The notes beneath the pieces are model-generated. The model saw only the letters and a program-made list of their open reading frames with translations. It did not search any database and was not told the DNA's origin. 64,000 nt of DNA. Origin: an uncultured Acidobacteriota bacterium (lineage in GTDB: Bacteria > Acidobacteriota > Vicinamibacteria > Vicinamibacterales > 2-12-FULL-66-21). The stretch spans positions 26,274 through 90,273 of the forward strand of contig CAWFPR010000027.1 of assembly GCA_963817635.1 (NCBI GenBank), written 5' to 3'. The first letter of the stretch is position 1; each line of letters begins with the position of its first letter. Made by a program: the position numbers and the translations under genes. Below, piece by piece: positions 29,767 to 40,231 of this stretch.

Positions 29767-30444
29767 ATGACTTCACCGTTCACATCCGACACGCTCCGCT
29801 TCCTCCGCGCGCTCAAGCGCAACAACCGTCGCGAGTGGTTCCAGCCGCGCAAGGAGCAGTACGACGCGCACGTCCGCGGACCGATGCTCGCGCTCATCGA
29901 TCGACTGGCGGCCGATTTCCGGCGGTTCGCGCCCGAGATGGTCGCGTCGCCGAAGACGTCGATGTACCGTATCTACCGCGACACGCGCTTCAGCGACGAC
30001 AAGACGCCGTACAAGACGCAGGCGGCCGCGTCGTTCCGCTGGCGCGGCCTCGACAAGGGGCGCGGCGCGGGCCTGTATCTCGAGATTGGCCCCGCGTGGA
30101 CGTGGTTCGGCGGCGGCTTCTATGCGCCAGACCCTCAGGACCTCGTGCGAATCCGCGAACACATCGCGCGGACGTATCCCGAGATCGACCGCACGGTACG
30201 AACGTCCGCCTTCACACGCGCGTTAGGCGCGCTCGACGGCGAGATGCTGACGCGCGTGCCGCGCGGGTACCCGAAGGACCATCCCGCCTCGGCCTACCTG
30301 AAACACCGGAATTTCCTCGCCGGACGCGAGTTCCCGCCGGCATTCGCGACGAGCGCGGAGTTCTATCCCACGCTGGTGAAGACCTTCAAGGCCTGCATGC
30401 CGCTGGTGAGATTCCTGAACGCGCCGCTCGACCCGTCCCGCTGA
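29767..30444 (+). CDS. DUF2461 (TIGR02453) family protein
   Basis: MYRIYRDTRFSDDKTPYKT and FLRALKRNNRREWF signatures; start placed at an internal Met (ORF begins 29704). Confidence 0.75.
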   Translation: MTSPFTSDTLRFLRALKRNNRREWFQPRKEQYDAHVRGPMLALIDRLAADFRRFAPEMVASPKTSMYRIYRDTRFSDDKTPYKTQAAASFRWRGLDKGRGAGLYLEIGPAWTWFGGGFYAPDPQDLVRIREHIARTYPEIDRTVRTSAFTRALGALDGEMLTRVPRGYPKDHPASAYLKHRNFLAGREFPPAFATSAEFYPTLVKTFKACMPLVRFLNAPLDPSR

Positions 30445-30529
30445 GACCAACCGCGGTCGACGGAGAGCGGACCGCGAAGCCCGGCGAGCGCTTTGTGCTA
30501 AAGTGTGCCTGCTTCAATCAAACGTAGGC

Positions 30530-31069
30530 ATGGGCATCCTTCCCCCGCTCACTGCGTTCACGGTCTTCCTCGCCATCGCGTGCGTTGGCTTCCTGTTCCT
30601 GCTGATTTCGCTCGTCTTCGGCGGGATCTTCGACCATCTCGAGTGGGGCGCCGATTCGGGCTTCGATCACGGCGGCCCCGGCTTCTTCAGTGGACGCGTC
30701 ATCGCCGTCTTCATCACGTCCTTCGGTTCCTTCGGGGCCATTGCGACCCACTACGGCATATCGCCGTTCCCGGCCTCGGGGATCGGATTCGGCGGCGGCG
30801 TGTTCTTCGGTGGCCTGATCTACCTGTTTGCGCGCTTCCTGTACGGCCAGCAGGCCAGTTCGGAAGTGCGGGTCGGCGATCTCGTCGGCCAGTCGGCGCG
30901 CGTCGTTGTGGCGATCCCGGCCTCCGGGATTGGGCAAATCCGCTGCCGAATCGGCGAGGAGCTCGTGGACAAAATCGCCCGCACCCGCGACGGCGAAGCG
31001 GTGCCCGAACACGCCACGGTCGTCATCGACGAGATCCTTGGTGAAACCGTCATCGTCAAGCGCAACTGA
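30530..31069 (+). CDS. NfeD-like membrane protein (short YuaF/YqiJ type, C-terminal OB-fold)
   Basis: two or three TM helices followed by RVGDLVGQSARVVVAIP...GQIRCRIGEELVDKIARTRDG (NfeD beta-barrel); immediately upstream of a flotillin gene. Confidence 0.7.
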   Translation: MGILPPLTAFTVFLAIACVGFLFLLISLVFGGIFDHLEWGADSGFDHGGPGFFSGRVIAVFITSFGSFGAIATHYGISPFPASGIGFGGGVFFGGLIYLFARFLYGQQASSEVRVGDLVGQSARVVVAIPASGIGQIRCRIGEELVDKIARTRDGEAVPEHATVVIDEILGETVIVKRN

Positions 31070-31205
31070 CGACTGCACGCATCCACGAGTGCCCGATCAT
31101 GGATCGCACGAATCGCGCGAATGTTCTGGAACGCAGGCCCTCTTAGCGATGGATCATCGGGTGTTCGGCGTGCGCTGACACTCTTTCTGCAAAGCCAGGT
31201 TCCCC

Positions 31206-32795
31206 ATGGTTGACAATCTGCAGGTTTCCGCCGTCATTGTCCTCAGCCTCATCGCGGTGCTCGGGTTCTTTGCCGCCGGCTGGCTGTTCAGCCGCAACTA
31301 CCTCAAGGTTTCGCCGAACGCGGTCGCGGTGCTCAGCGGGCGCAAGCGCAAGCTGCCGGACGGTCGCGTGGTCGGCTACCGGATGGTGCGCGGCGGCGCG
31401 GCCCTCCGGATCCCGCTGCTCGAAAAAGTCGAGTACCTGCACCTCAACGTAATGACCATCCCGCTCGAGATCAAGCGGGCCTACACGTTGAAGGGCGTCC
31501 CGGTCTCGGTCAAGGCCGTCGCGAACGTCAAGATCCGCGGCGACGACACGTCGCTCCAGGCCGCGGCCGAGCGGTTCCTCGGCATGACGCCCACCACGAT
31601 CCAGCAGGTCATCTTCCAGACCCTCGAGGGGCACCTGCGGTCGATCCTCGGCACGCTGACGGTCGAGGAGGTGAACAGCGATCGCCAGAGCTTCGCGCAG
31701 AAGCTGACCAGTGAAGCGACCGTCGACCTGGAGAAGATGGGCATCGGCGTGGACGTCCTCACGATCCAGGAAATCAGCGACGAAGAGGATTACCTCAACG
31801 CGCTCGGCAAGCGCCGGACCGCAGAGGTGAAGCGCGACGCGACGATCGGCGAGGCCGAGGCGCATCGCGACGCGAAGATCAAGTCGGCGCTCGCCCTGCA
31901 GGAAGGGGAACAGGCGAAGTTCAAGGCCGACGCGGAGATCTCGCAGGCCTCGCGCGACTTCATGATCCGCCAGGCGCAGTACCAGGCCGAGATCGAAACG
32001 CAGAAGGCACGCGCCGAGCAGGCAGGGCCGCTGTCGCAGGCGACCGCGCGGCAGGCGGTCGTCGCCGAGGAAGTGAAGGTCGAACAGCGGCGCACGCAGG
32101 AGCTGATCTCGGTGCAGGAGCAGGAGGTGCTCCGCAAGCAGAAGGAGCTCGAAGCCACGGTCATCAAGCCGGCGGAAGCCGACCGGCAGGCCGCTGTGGT
32201 ACGCGCCGAAGCCGCGAAGCAGTCGGCCATCCTCGAAGCCGAGGGCCGGCGCTCGGCGGTGATCGCCATCGCAGAAGCCGAACAGGAGAAGCTGCGGAAG
32301 GAAGGCGTCGGCCGCGCCGCCGCAGTCGAGGCGGAGGGCCGGGCGGAAGCGGCGAAGATCGAGGCGATCGGACTGGCGCAGGCCAAGGCGATCGAAGCGC
32401 AGGGCGTCGCCGAAGCCGCCGCGATCCTGCGGAAGGCGGAAGCCTGGAAAGAGTTCAACGACGCGGCGCGCCTCCAGACTATCCTCGAGAAGCTGCCCGC
32501 CATCCTCCAGGCCTCGACCGGCGTCTTCGGGGCCGTCGCCGCGCCGCTCGGCAACATCGACAAGCTGGTGGTGCTCGACCAGGGTAACGGCGCGGACGGG
32601 ACGAGCGCCCTGGGGCGGCTGGCAAAGACGAGCCCGTCGATTGTGTTCAACCTGCTGCAGCAGCTCGAAGCGCTGGGATTGAACCTGCCGTCGGTGCTGC
32701 AGCAGCTTGGCGTGCAGGTGCCGGCCGCGGCGACGGACACAACAGTCCCGACCGTGACGGCAACACACGCACCGCCGCCGCCGCGTGCGAGCTGA
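31206..32795 (+). CDS. flotillin / SPFH (band-7) domain protein, YqiK/FloA-like
   Basis: 529 aa intact; N-terminal TM; SPFH core (LEIKRAYTLKGVPVSVKAVANVKI...); long EA-rich coiled coil (AEAEQEKLRKEGVGRAAAVEAEGRAEAAKIEA...). Confidence 0.85.
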   Translation: MVDNLQVSAVIVLSLIAVLGFFAAGWLFSRNYLKVSPNAVAVLSGRKRKLPDGRVVGYRMVRGGAALRIPLLEKVEYLHLNVMTIPLEIKRAYTLKGVPVSVKAVANVKIRGDDTSLQAAAERFLGMTPTTIQQVIFQTLEGHLRSILGTLTVEEVNSDRQSFAQKLTSEATVDLEKMGIGVDVLTIQEISDEEDYLNALGKRRTAEVKRDATIGEAEAHRDAKIKSALALQEGEQAKFKADAEISQASRDFMIRQAQYQAEIETQKARAEQAGPLSQATARQAVVAEEVKVEQRRTQELISVQEQEVLRKQKELEATVIKPAEADRQAAVVRAEAAKQSAILEAEGRRSAVIAIAEAEQEKLRKEGVGRAAAVEAEGRAEAAKIEAIGLAQAKAIEAQGVAEAAAILRKAEAWKEFNDAARLQTILEKLPAILQASTGVFGAVAAPLGNIDKLVVLDQGNGADGTSALGRLAKTSPSIVFNLLQQLEALGLNLPSVLQQLGVQVPAAATDTTVPTVTATHAPPPPRAS

Positions 32796-32820
32796 CGACA
32801 GGGGCCTGGACGCTGGAGGC

Positions 32821-33909
32821 ATGCAACGGCCTGATTCGGGCATTCCCGTGATCCGTGCAACGCCGGCGCGGCCGAGCGGCCCCGGCGCGGCGGCCGTGTG
32901 CCTGTCGGCAATCGTGGCGTTCGGAGCCCTTGCCGCCGCGCCGTACGCGCGCCGGCAGGCGCCCGCCGATCCGCACGAGTTGCTGCGCGAGGCCGCCGGC
33001 TTCTCGAAGGGCGATCTCGCACGGCTCGATCGCGGAGAACCAATCGCGCGCGCGCTCGACACGGAGCGCCGCGAAGTCGCCATCGCCGGGGCCGTCCGTA
33101 TTCGCGCGCCGCGCGAACGGCTGCTCGCCCGCTATCGCGACATCTCGCACCTGAAGTCGAGCAGTCTCGTGCTCCAGATCGGCCGGATCGGCGCGTCGCC
33201 GCGCCCGGAGGATTTCCAGCCACTCGATTTCGAGGCCTACGACCTGGACACGATTCGCGCGTGCGAGCCGGGCAGCTGCGGTGTGCGCCTGTCCACCGCG
33301 CAACTGGCGAGATTCCGGCAGGACGTGAACTGGCAGGCGGCCGACTGGCGCCAGCAGGCCGGCGCGCTCTGGCGACGCCTGCTGGCCGACTACACCTCCG
33401 ACTACCTGTCACGCGGCGCATTGGCGGATTACCGCAACAAGGAGGAACCGCTCAACGTCGCCGACGAGTTCACCGTGCTCTTCGATCAGTCGCGGAGCCT
33501 CGCCACCGCCGCGCCGGATTTCTTCGCCTATCTCCAGCAATTCCCCGGCGTGCGCCTGGCCGGTGTGGAGACGGTCCTGTACTGGAGCAAGGACGATTTC
33601 GGCATCCGTCCGGTCACGAGCATTACGCATCTGTCCCTGTACAACCCGCCAGCCGCCTCACGCGATCCCGTCGCCATCGGCACGCGCCAGATCTACGCGA
33701 CCCACTACTTCGACGCCGGCCTGGGCCTGACGCTTGCATTCGACGACGGCGCGTCCGGGTTTTACATGGTGTGCATCAACCGCGCACGTACGCGATCGCT
33801 CGCCAGCTTCAGCCGCTTCATCGTCCGGGGTATCGTCGTCCGCCGCAGCCGCGAGGCGGTGGAGCGCATGCTCAGCGCGACGAAGCGCGATCTCGAGCGA
33901 CCGCAATAG
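32821..33909 (+). CDS. secreted hypothetical protein
   Basis: signal peptide AAAVCLSAIVAFGALAAAPYA; ~360 aa non-repetitive ORF; no motif recognised. Confidence 0.5.
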   Translation: MQRPDSGIPVIRATPARPSGPGAAAVCLSAIVAFGALAAAPYARRQAPADPHELLREAAGFSKGDLARLDRGEPIARALDTERREVAIAGAVRIRAPRERLLARYRDISHLKSSSLVLQIGRIGASPRPEDFQPLDFEAYDLDTIRACEPGSCGVRLSTAQLARFRQDVNWQAADWRQQAGALWRRLLADYTSDYLSRGALADYRNKEEPLNVADEFTVLFDQSRSLATAAPDFFAYLQQFPGVRLAGVETVLYWSKDDFGIRPVTSITHLSLYNPPAASRDPVAIGTRQIYATHYFDAGLGLTLAFDDGASGFYMVCINRARTRSLASFSRFIVRGIVVRRSREAVERMLSATKRDLERPQ

Positions 33910-33922
33910 AGGGACCGGTCCA

Positions 33923-35812
33923 ATGGCCTCGATATCCGTTCGGCTGACCGTGGCGCTCGGCGCTGCCGCGACAGTCGCGTTCGCCGCCAGCGCTCAACAG
34001 GCGACACCACAGTTCCGGAGTGGCGTTGACCTGGTCACGCTCGATCTGTCCGCGATGGGACCCGACGGCACGCCGATCCGCGACCTGCGCGCCGACGAGA
34101 TCCGGATCACGGTCGGCGGGCGGCCGCGGACGCTGCGGATGTTCGAATTCGTGGAGCTCGCGCCGCCGCGGCCAGCACCGAAGGCGAACGCACGCGGGCA
34201 GGGCCGGCCGCCGGCCGCGGCGGTGCCCGCTGGAGCGGGGCGCAACGTCTACGTCGTCGTCCTCCACGAACACATCCGTCCGGGCAACGAGCGCGTGGCG
34301 ATGGAAGGCGTCCGCCGCATCGTCGATCAACTGGAACCGCGCGATCGCGTGGCCCTGGTCACGCTGCCGTTCGGCCGCGTCGAGGTGGAACTGACCGCCG
34401 ATCACGAACGCGTCCAGTCCCGCCTGCACCAGATCGTGGGCCGCGCGCCCTACGACCAGCCGGTCGCCACCGGCGCGCACACGACATCGGAAGCCATCGA
34501 CCTGCTCGAGTTCCTGAAGAGCCTCGTCCCGCTCGACGGGCCGAAGACCGTGCTGCTGATCTCCGAAGGCTTCCAGGGCTCCGGCGGCCCGTTCGATGCG
34601 AATCAGCCGCCGAAGGACGGTGAGCTGATGCTGGTGGGTCAACCCGGCGACATTGCGACGGCGCCGCTGCTGCTCGACCGCCCCGAGACGACAACCGGTG
34701 CGCCGCTGCTGAACACCGTCGTGGGCCTCCAGGGAGAGATCGGGGATCTTCGCACGGCCGCGATAGCCGCGCGCGCTCAGTTCTACGTGATCCAGCCGCA
34801 CAGCCTGCCGATCGACGCGACCTTCAAGGCGAAGGGATTCGACACGATCGAAAACTACGGGACGCAGGCCGACCAGACCCGATCGCTCGCGACCCTGGCC
34901 CTCACCGTCGGCGGCCGCTTCCTGCAGCTGTCGGGCAGATCCGACGGCGTGTTCGACCGGATCGTTCGCGAGACGTCCGGCTACTATTCCATCGCCTTCG
35001 AGGCCGATCAGGAGGACCGCGGCGGCAAGGTGCGGAGCGTGGAAGTGGCCACGACGCGCAAAGGAGCGACGCTGCGCGCGCGCCGCACGTTCGTCGATCC
35101 GCGGCTCAACCTGCCTTCGCCCGCCAGAAAGGCGAGCGTGCTGGCCCTGCTGCGCGAGGCTCCGGCCGCCGGCGGCCTGCCCGTGCGCGTTGGCGCGATG
35201 GTGACGCGCGCCGATGGCGGGAAGGTGAAGGTGATGGCGGCGGTCGAGTCGCTGGGGTCGACGGTGAAGGAGGCGGGGTTCGCGTTGATGGACGCGACGA
35301 ACGCGGTGGTGGTGTCGTGGCCGGCGGAGATGTCCGGCCAGCCGGGACCGATCGTAAGCGCACAGATCGTTCCCGCGGGCCGGTATCGCCTTCGCGCCGC
35401 CGCGATCGACGAGGCCGGCGCGGGCGGATCCGTCGACTACGAGTTCGACGGGACGCTGACCACCCTGGGGCCGCTCGCGGCCTCGTCGCTGATGACCGGC
35501 GTCGTGGAAGGCACCGCGTTCCGGCCGCGACTGGCATTCACGCCTGGCGACGATCTCGTACCCTACTGCGAACTCTACGGAACGGCCGCGGACGTGGACG
35601 TTCGGCTCGAGCTCGTGCCGGCCGAGGGAGGACCACCGGTCGCGACGGGTACGGCAGCGATCGCCGAGACGCGCAGCGCCGATCGTCGCCTCGTCAACGG
35701 CGCGCTGCCGCTCGGGAGCGTGGCGCCTGGTGAGTACGTCGTGCGGGCAGCCGTGTGGATCGGCGGAACGTCCGCCGGCACACTGACCGCGCGCGTCACG
35801 ATCGTGCCGTAG
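33923..35812 (+). CDS. VWA-domain protein of the 'VWFA-related Acidobacterial domain' (TIGR03436) type
   Basis: signal MASISVRLTVALGAAATVAFAASAQQ; SGVDLVTLDLSAMGPDGTPIRDLRADEIRITVGG; VVLHEHI...DRVALVTLPFG; typical architecture of this Acidobacteria-enriched family. Confidence 0.7.
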   Translation: MASISVRLTVALGAAATVAFAASAQQATPQFRSGVDLVTLDLSAMGPDGTPIRDLRADEIRITVGGRPRTLRMFEFVELAPPRPAPKANARGQGRPPAAAVPAGAGRNVYVVVLHEHIRPGNERVAMEGVRRIVDQLEPRDRVALVTLPFGRVEVELTADHERVQSRLHQIVGRAPYDQPVATGAHTTSEAIDLLEFLKSLVPLDGPKTVLLISEGFQGSGGPFDANQPPKDGELMLVGQPGDIATAPLLLDRPETTTGAPLLNTVVGLQGEIGDLRTAAIAARAQFYVIQPHSLPIDATFKAKGFDTIENYGTQADQTRSLATLALTVGGRFLQLSGRSDGVFDRIVRETSGYYSIAFEADQEDRGGKVRSVEVATTRKGATLRARRTFVDPRLNLPSPARKASVLALLREAPAAGGLPVRVGAMVTRADGGKVKVMAAVESLGSTVKEAGFALMDATNAVVVSWPAEMSGQPGPIVSAQIVPAGRYRLRAAAIDEAGAGGSVDYEFDGTLTTLGPLAASSLMTGVVEGTAFRPRLAFTPGDDLVPYCELYGTAADVDVRLELVPAEGGPPVATGTAAIAETRSADRRLVNGALPLGSVAPGEYVVRAAVWIGGTSAGTLTARVTIVP

Positions 35813-35815
35813 CGA

Positions 35816-36730
35816 TCAGCACACCCCGACGCCGTCGAACGCGCGGCGGCGCGACGGCGCCTGGCGCGCCCAGGGAGACGGGTCGGCCGCCGTGGCCGCA
35901 ACCTCCAGGCTGAATTCCACGTCCCGCATCGAGGGAAAGCGTTCGCTGGCAGCGCCGGCCAGACATCGCCGGACGACTCGCTCCAGATTCTCGCCAATCT
36001 CGCCCCGGTACGCGCGCAGCGAGCGCGGCTGACCTGCCAGGATGGTCTTCAGCGTCTCGATAGTCGTCGGTCCGCCGAACGGCGTCGCGCCGGAGAGCAT
36101 CTCGTAAATCATCACGCCGAGGCTGAAGATGTCGGAGCGCTCGTCGGCGTCCTCGCCTCGCACCTGCTCCGGCGACAGATAGGCCACATCTCGCAGGACC
36201 GCACGTCCCGCGTTGCCGCGGCCGTCGGCCTGCAACAGCTCGAGCGCCTCGAACCAGCACCGGGCCAGGCCGAAATCGAGGATCTTCACGCAGTCATCGC
36301 GTGTGATGAAGATGTTCTCGGGCTTCAGGTCGCGATGCGCGACGCCCGCTTCGTGCGCGGCCGCCAGGCCGCCGGCCATCTGGCGCGCATAGTCGAGCGC
36401 AGTGGGCACCGGCAGTGGCCCCTGGCGGAGCCGGGCCCCGAGCGTCGAGCCATGGAGCAATTCCGACGCAACATACGGGATGCCCTGTTGGCAGCCGACG
36501 TCGAAGACTCTGGCGATGTTCGGGTGGCTGAGCACGGCCCCAAGGCCGGCATCCCTCCGAAAACGGGCCAGTTGCGAGCCATGGGCCGTCAGGTCGGTTG
36601 ACATGACCTTCAGGGCAACGAAGCGGTTGAGCTCCACGTCGAACGCCCGATAGACTTCGCCGTTCTCACCCCGCCCGAGCCAACTGTCAATTCTGTAAGT
36701 TCCGAGCGTGATACCGGCTTGCAGCGTCAT
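35816..36730 (-). CDS. Ser/Thr protein kinase (catalytic domain only, ~305 aa)
   Basis: GRGENGEVYRA...VALKVM; HRDLKPENIF; KILDFGLAR; SPEQ; start placed at internal ATG 36730; divergent from the ECF sigma gene. Confidence 0.8.
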   Translation of the reverse strand: MTLQAGITLGTYRIDSWLGRGENGEVYRAFDVELNRFVALKVMSTDLTAHGSQLARFRRDAGLGAVLSHPNIARVFDVGCQQGIPYVASELLHGSTLGARLRQGPLPVPTALDYARQMAGGLAAAHEAGVAHRDLKPENIFITRDDCVKILDFGLARCWFEALELLQADGRGNAGRAVLRDVAYLSPEQVRGEDADERSDIFSLGVMIYEMLSGATPFGGPTTIETLKTILAGQPRSLRAYRGEIGENLERVVRRCLAGAASERFPSMRDVEFSLEVAATAADPSPWARQAPSRRRAFDGVGVC

Positions 36731-36993
36731 ATCCGTGATGTTCACCAGGCAAATCCCCATGAACAGGTTAACGACGCGGAATCGTGAGGCGAACAAGGCT
36801 CCGCTTGTTCTCTTGGCCCCGCGCCGGCGTTATCAATACGAGGGGTGAATTGCCAGCAGTGCAACAGGATCGCGCGAGCCGGGTGGGAGCCACCGTGGCG
36901 CTCGCGAGCCGCAACATGTTGCTTCAATCCGGGGGGCGGAACCCGTATGATACGGCGTACCGAGCCTCCATGCCTTGGGCTCGCCCATCGGCC

Positions 36994-37614
36994 ATGGACC
37001 ACCCTCGCCCCGGCAAAGACGCCAGCGTCAGTCCACCTTCGTCCCAGGAGGCCGGGCTGGACTCGACCGTCGAGCTTGTCCGGCAGGCCCGGTCGGGCAG
37101 CCGTGAGGCGCTCGACCGGTTGTTTTCCCGCTGCATGCCCGCGCTGCGCCGATGGGCCAGCGGCCGCCTTCCCCGCTGGAACCGCGATCTGCTGGACACC
37201 GACGACCTCGTTCAGGAGACCGTCATCCGCACAGTCAAACGGTTCGACTCGTTCGAACCCCGGCACGAAGGCGCGCTCCAGGCCTACCTGCGTGAAGCCG
37301 TGATGAACCGGATTCGCGACGAAATCCGTCGAAGCGGACGGGCACCTGCCTTGAGCGAACTGGACGAGAACCAGGCCGACGCCGGCGCGTCGCCGCTCGA
37401 TGAGGCCATCGGCGTCGAGGCTGTCGAGCGCTACGAGGCCGCGCTGGCGCGGTTGCGCCCGGAAGAGCGCGAGGCGGTCGTCGCGAAGATCGAGATGGAC
37501 GGCACCTACGAAACCGTCGCGCAGGTGCTCGGCAAACGGTCGCCGGATGCCGCGCGGATGGCGGTCGGACGCGCCCTGCTGCGACTGGCTGAGGAGATGA
37601 ACCGTGGCCTTTGA
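36994..37614 (+). CDS. ECF sigma factor of the TIGR02999 (Acidobacteria/Planctomycetes kinase-associated) type
   Basis: DSTVELVRQARSGSREALDRLFSRCMPALRRWASGRL...DLVQETVIRTVKRFDSFEPRHEGALQAYLREAVMNRIRDEIRR (regions 2.1-2.4); C-terminal region 4 (ERYEAALARLRPEEREAVVAKIEMDGTYETVAQVLGKRSPDAARMAVGRALLRL); start choice among 36916/36970/36994 uncertain. Confidence 0.75.
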   Translation: MDHPRPGKDASVSPPSSQEAGLDSTVELVRQARSGSREALDRLFSRCMPALRRWASGRLPRWNRDLLDTDDLVQETVIRTVKRFDSFEPRHEGALQAYLREAVMNRIRDEIRRSGRAPALSELDENQADAGASPLDEAIGVEAVERYEAALARLRPEEREAVVAKIEMDGTYETVAQVLGKRSPDAARMAVGRALLRLAEEMNRGL

Positions 37615-40163
37615 CCGCGCCGCCCTCGAGGCGCTCGCGGAATCAATCGGCGACGCCGCGCCGATCGAGTGGGCCTCGGTCGAAGCCCAGGCGAACGAAG
37701 ATCAGCGTGGCGTAATCCGTCAGCTCCGCGTGCTGGAAAGCCTCGCTCATCTCCATCGCACGCTCCCGCCCGTACCCGCCGGGCTGCCTGTCTCCCCGAC
37801 GTCGGCGCGATCGCGGTCGGCCCCCGCCATCGGGAAATGGGGGAACCTGTCGCTGCTCGAGCGGCTCGGCGGCGGCACATCCGGCGACGTGTACCGTGCG
37901 CGGGACAGCCAGCTCGAGCGCGACGTGGCGCTGAAGCTGCTGCGCGCCGACGCACCCGACCCATCGCGGCTCGTGTCCGAAGGGCGTCTGCTCGCGCGGA
38001 TCCACCACGAGAACGTCGTGGCGGTGCACGGCGTGGACACGCACGATGACCGCGTCGGCCTCTGGATGCAGCTCGTCCGTGGCCCCACGCTCGAAGAGGT
38101 GGTGACGACGCAGGGTGTGCTGTCTGCGCGAGAGGCGGCCCTCGTCGGCATCGACCTGTGCCGCGCCCTCGCCGCCGTTCACGCCGCCGGGCTGGTGCAC
38201 CGCGACGTCAAGGCCCAGAACGTGGTCCGCGAGGAGGGCGGCCGCATCGTCCTCATGGACCTTGGCACAGGCCGCGACCTGGCCCGCGGCGAAAACGCCG
38301 CCGGGCTCGCCGGCACACCGCTCTACCTGGCCCCGGAGATCTTCACGGGCGCGGCAGCCAGCGTGCAGAGCGACATCTACAGCCTCGGCGTGCTGCTCTA
38401 TCACCTGGTGACGGGTGAGTATCCGGCCCGACCGGCCACATTCGAGCAGCTCGAACAGGCGCACGCCGACGCACGCGCTCGTGCCTCTGCGCGATCGGCG
38501 GGCGGACCTGCCGACCGCCTTCGTCACCGCCGTCGAGCGGGCGCTCTCTCCCGACCTCGCGCGACGCTATCAGAGCGCTGGTGAATTCGAAGCCGCCCTG
38601 GTGCACGCGCTCGACCCGCCGGCCGCACACGGCCGCCGCGCCATCTTCTGGTCGGCCGTCGCGCTCGCCGCGGTCGTACTGGTGGTCGCCGGGGTTGTCG
38701 CGTGGCGCGGCGCCCGATCCTCCGCCGGCACGACGGGCGCGTCCATTCGCACGATCGCGGTGCTGCCGCTGCGAAACGACTCGGGAGATGCCGCGCAGGA
38801 GTATTTCGCCGACGGCATGACTGACGAGATCATCACCATGCTCGGGCGCCTCGACGGCGTCAACGTGATCTCGCGGACCTCGTCCGGGCAGTTCAAGGGC
38901 CTTCAGTCCCAGGGGGCGAGGAACACCCTGCCGGAAATCGCCCGTACGCTCCGGGCCGACGCGATCGTCGAAGGGTCGATCATGCTGACGCCTTCCGCCG
39001 TTCCCGGCAACCGGAAGGTGCGCATCAGCGCACGCCTCATCGCCGCCGGCACCGATGCGCAGCTCTGGAATGAGACGTTCGAGTCGATCGGGAGCGACAT
39101 CGTTGCGCTCGAGGGACAGGTGGCGCGCGCCATCGCGGAGGGCGTGCGCCTGAAACTCTCGCCGCAGCAACAGAGCGCGCTCTCCGCCGGGCAGCAGCGG
39201 CCGATCGACTTCGAGGCCTTCAACCTCAACCTGCAGGGGCGCGCGGCGTGGAACGTGCGCACGAAGGCAAGCGTGGAACGCAGCCTCGACTACTTCCAGC
39301 AGGCCATCGCGCGCGATCCGAGGTACGCCGCGCCGCACGCGGGCCTGGCCGACGCCTACCACCTGCTCGGATCCTATGGCTGGATGCCGTATGCCGCCGC
39401 CTACGCGAGGGCCGCGGAAGAGGCCGCGCGCGCAATCTCGCTCGACGACACGGTGGCCGAGGCCCACGTGTCGATGGGCCAGATCCACGATTCCCGCTTC
39501 GAATGGGACGCCGCCGAGACCAGTTACCGCCGCGCGATCCAGCTCAATCCCGGCAGCACGACGGGCCACCATTGGTACGGGCTGCTGCTCTCGAAACGGG
39601 GAGCCTTTCCGGAGGCGACGGCTGAAGTCGAGCGGGCGAGGGCGCTCGACCCGCTGTCGCCGCTGCTGCCGACCCAGCTCGCATCGTTCCAGTTCCAGCA
39701 ACATAACTACGATCAGGCCATCGTGCAACTCGAGCGCGTGGTGCAGACACAGCCGGACTTTGCACGGGCTCACTTCATGCTGGCCCAGGCGTACGCGAAG
39801 GCGAGGCGTTTCGACGAGGCGCAGGCAGAGGCAAACCGCACGTCGGCGCTCGGGATGGACGCCGCGGAAGTGGGCGCGCTCATCGGCTGCGTGTCCGGCG
39901 CGTCGGGCCGGACCGCAGAGGCGCTGGCTCTCGCGGACCAGGTGATCGCGGGCTATCGCGATCGGCAAGAAGGCGGCCCGATGGATGCCGCCGTCATCTA
40001 CGCGGTGTGCAACCAGCCGGATCGCGCGTTCGAGTGGCTCGAGCGCGCCCTGCAGGACCGGGATCCGAACATCGGCTACCTCAAGGTCGACCCCTGGTTC
40101 GACCCTCTCCGCGCCGATCCGAGGTTCGACGCCCTCCTTGCGAGGCTGGGCCTGACAAGGTAA
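37604..40163 (+). CDS. Ser/Thr kinase with TM segment, TolB-N-like domain and C-terminal TPR repeats; one frameshift near 38450
   Basis: GTG start overlaps the sigma stop (translational coupling); kinase motifs HRDVKAQNVV, LMDLGTG, APE; TM AIFWSAVALAAVVLVVAGVV; IAVLPLRNDSGDAAQEYFADGMTDEIITML; TPR region to 40160; ORFs 37604..38584 and 38415..40163 join. Confidence 0.75.
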
Positions 40164-40231
40164 GGTAGCGTCGCGCAAGCTCTGCAGGAGGGCTCGCGAC
40201 AACACCCGTCAGAACCCGGAGGAGAGAGAGG

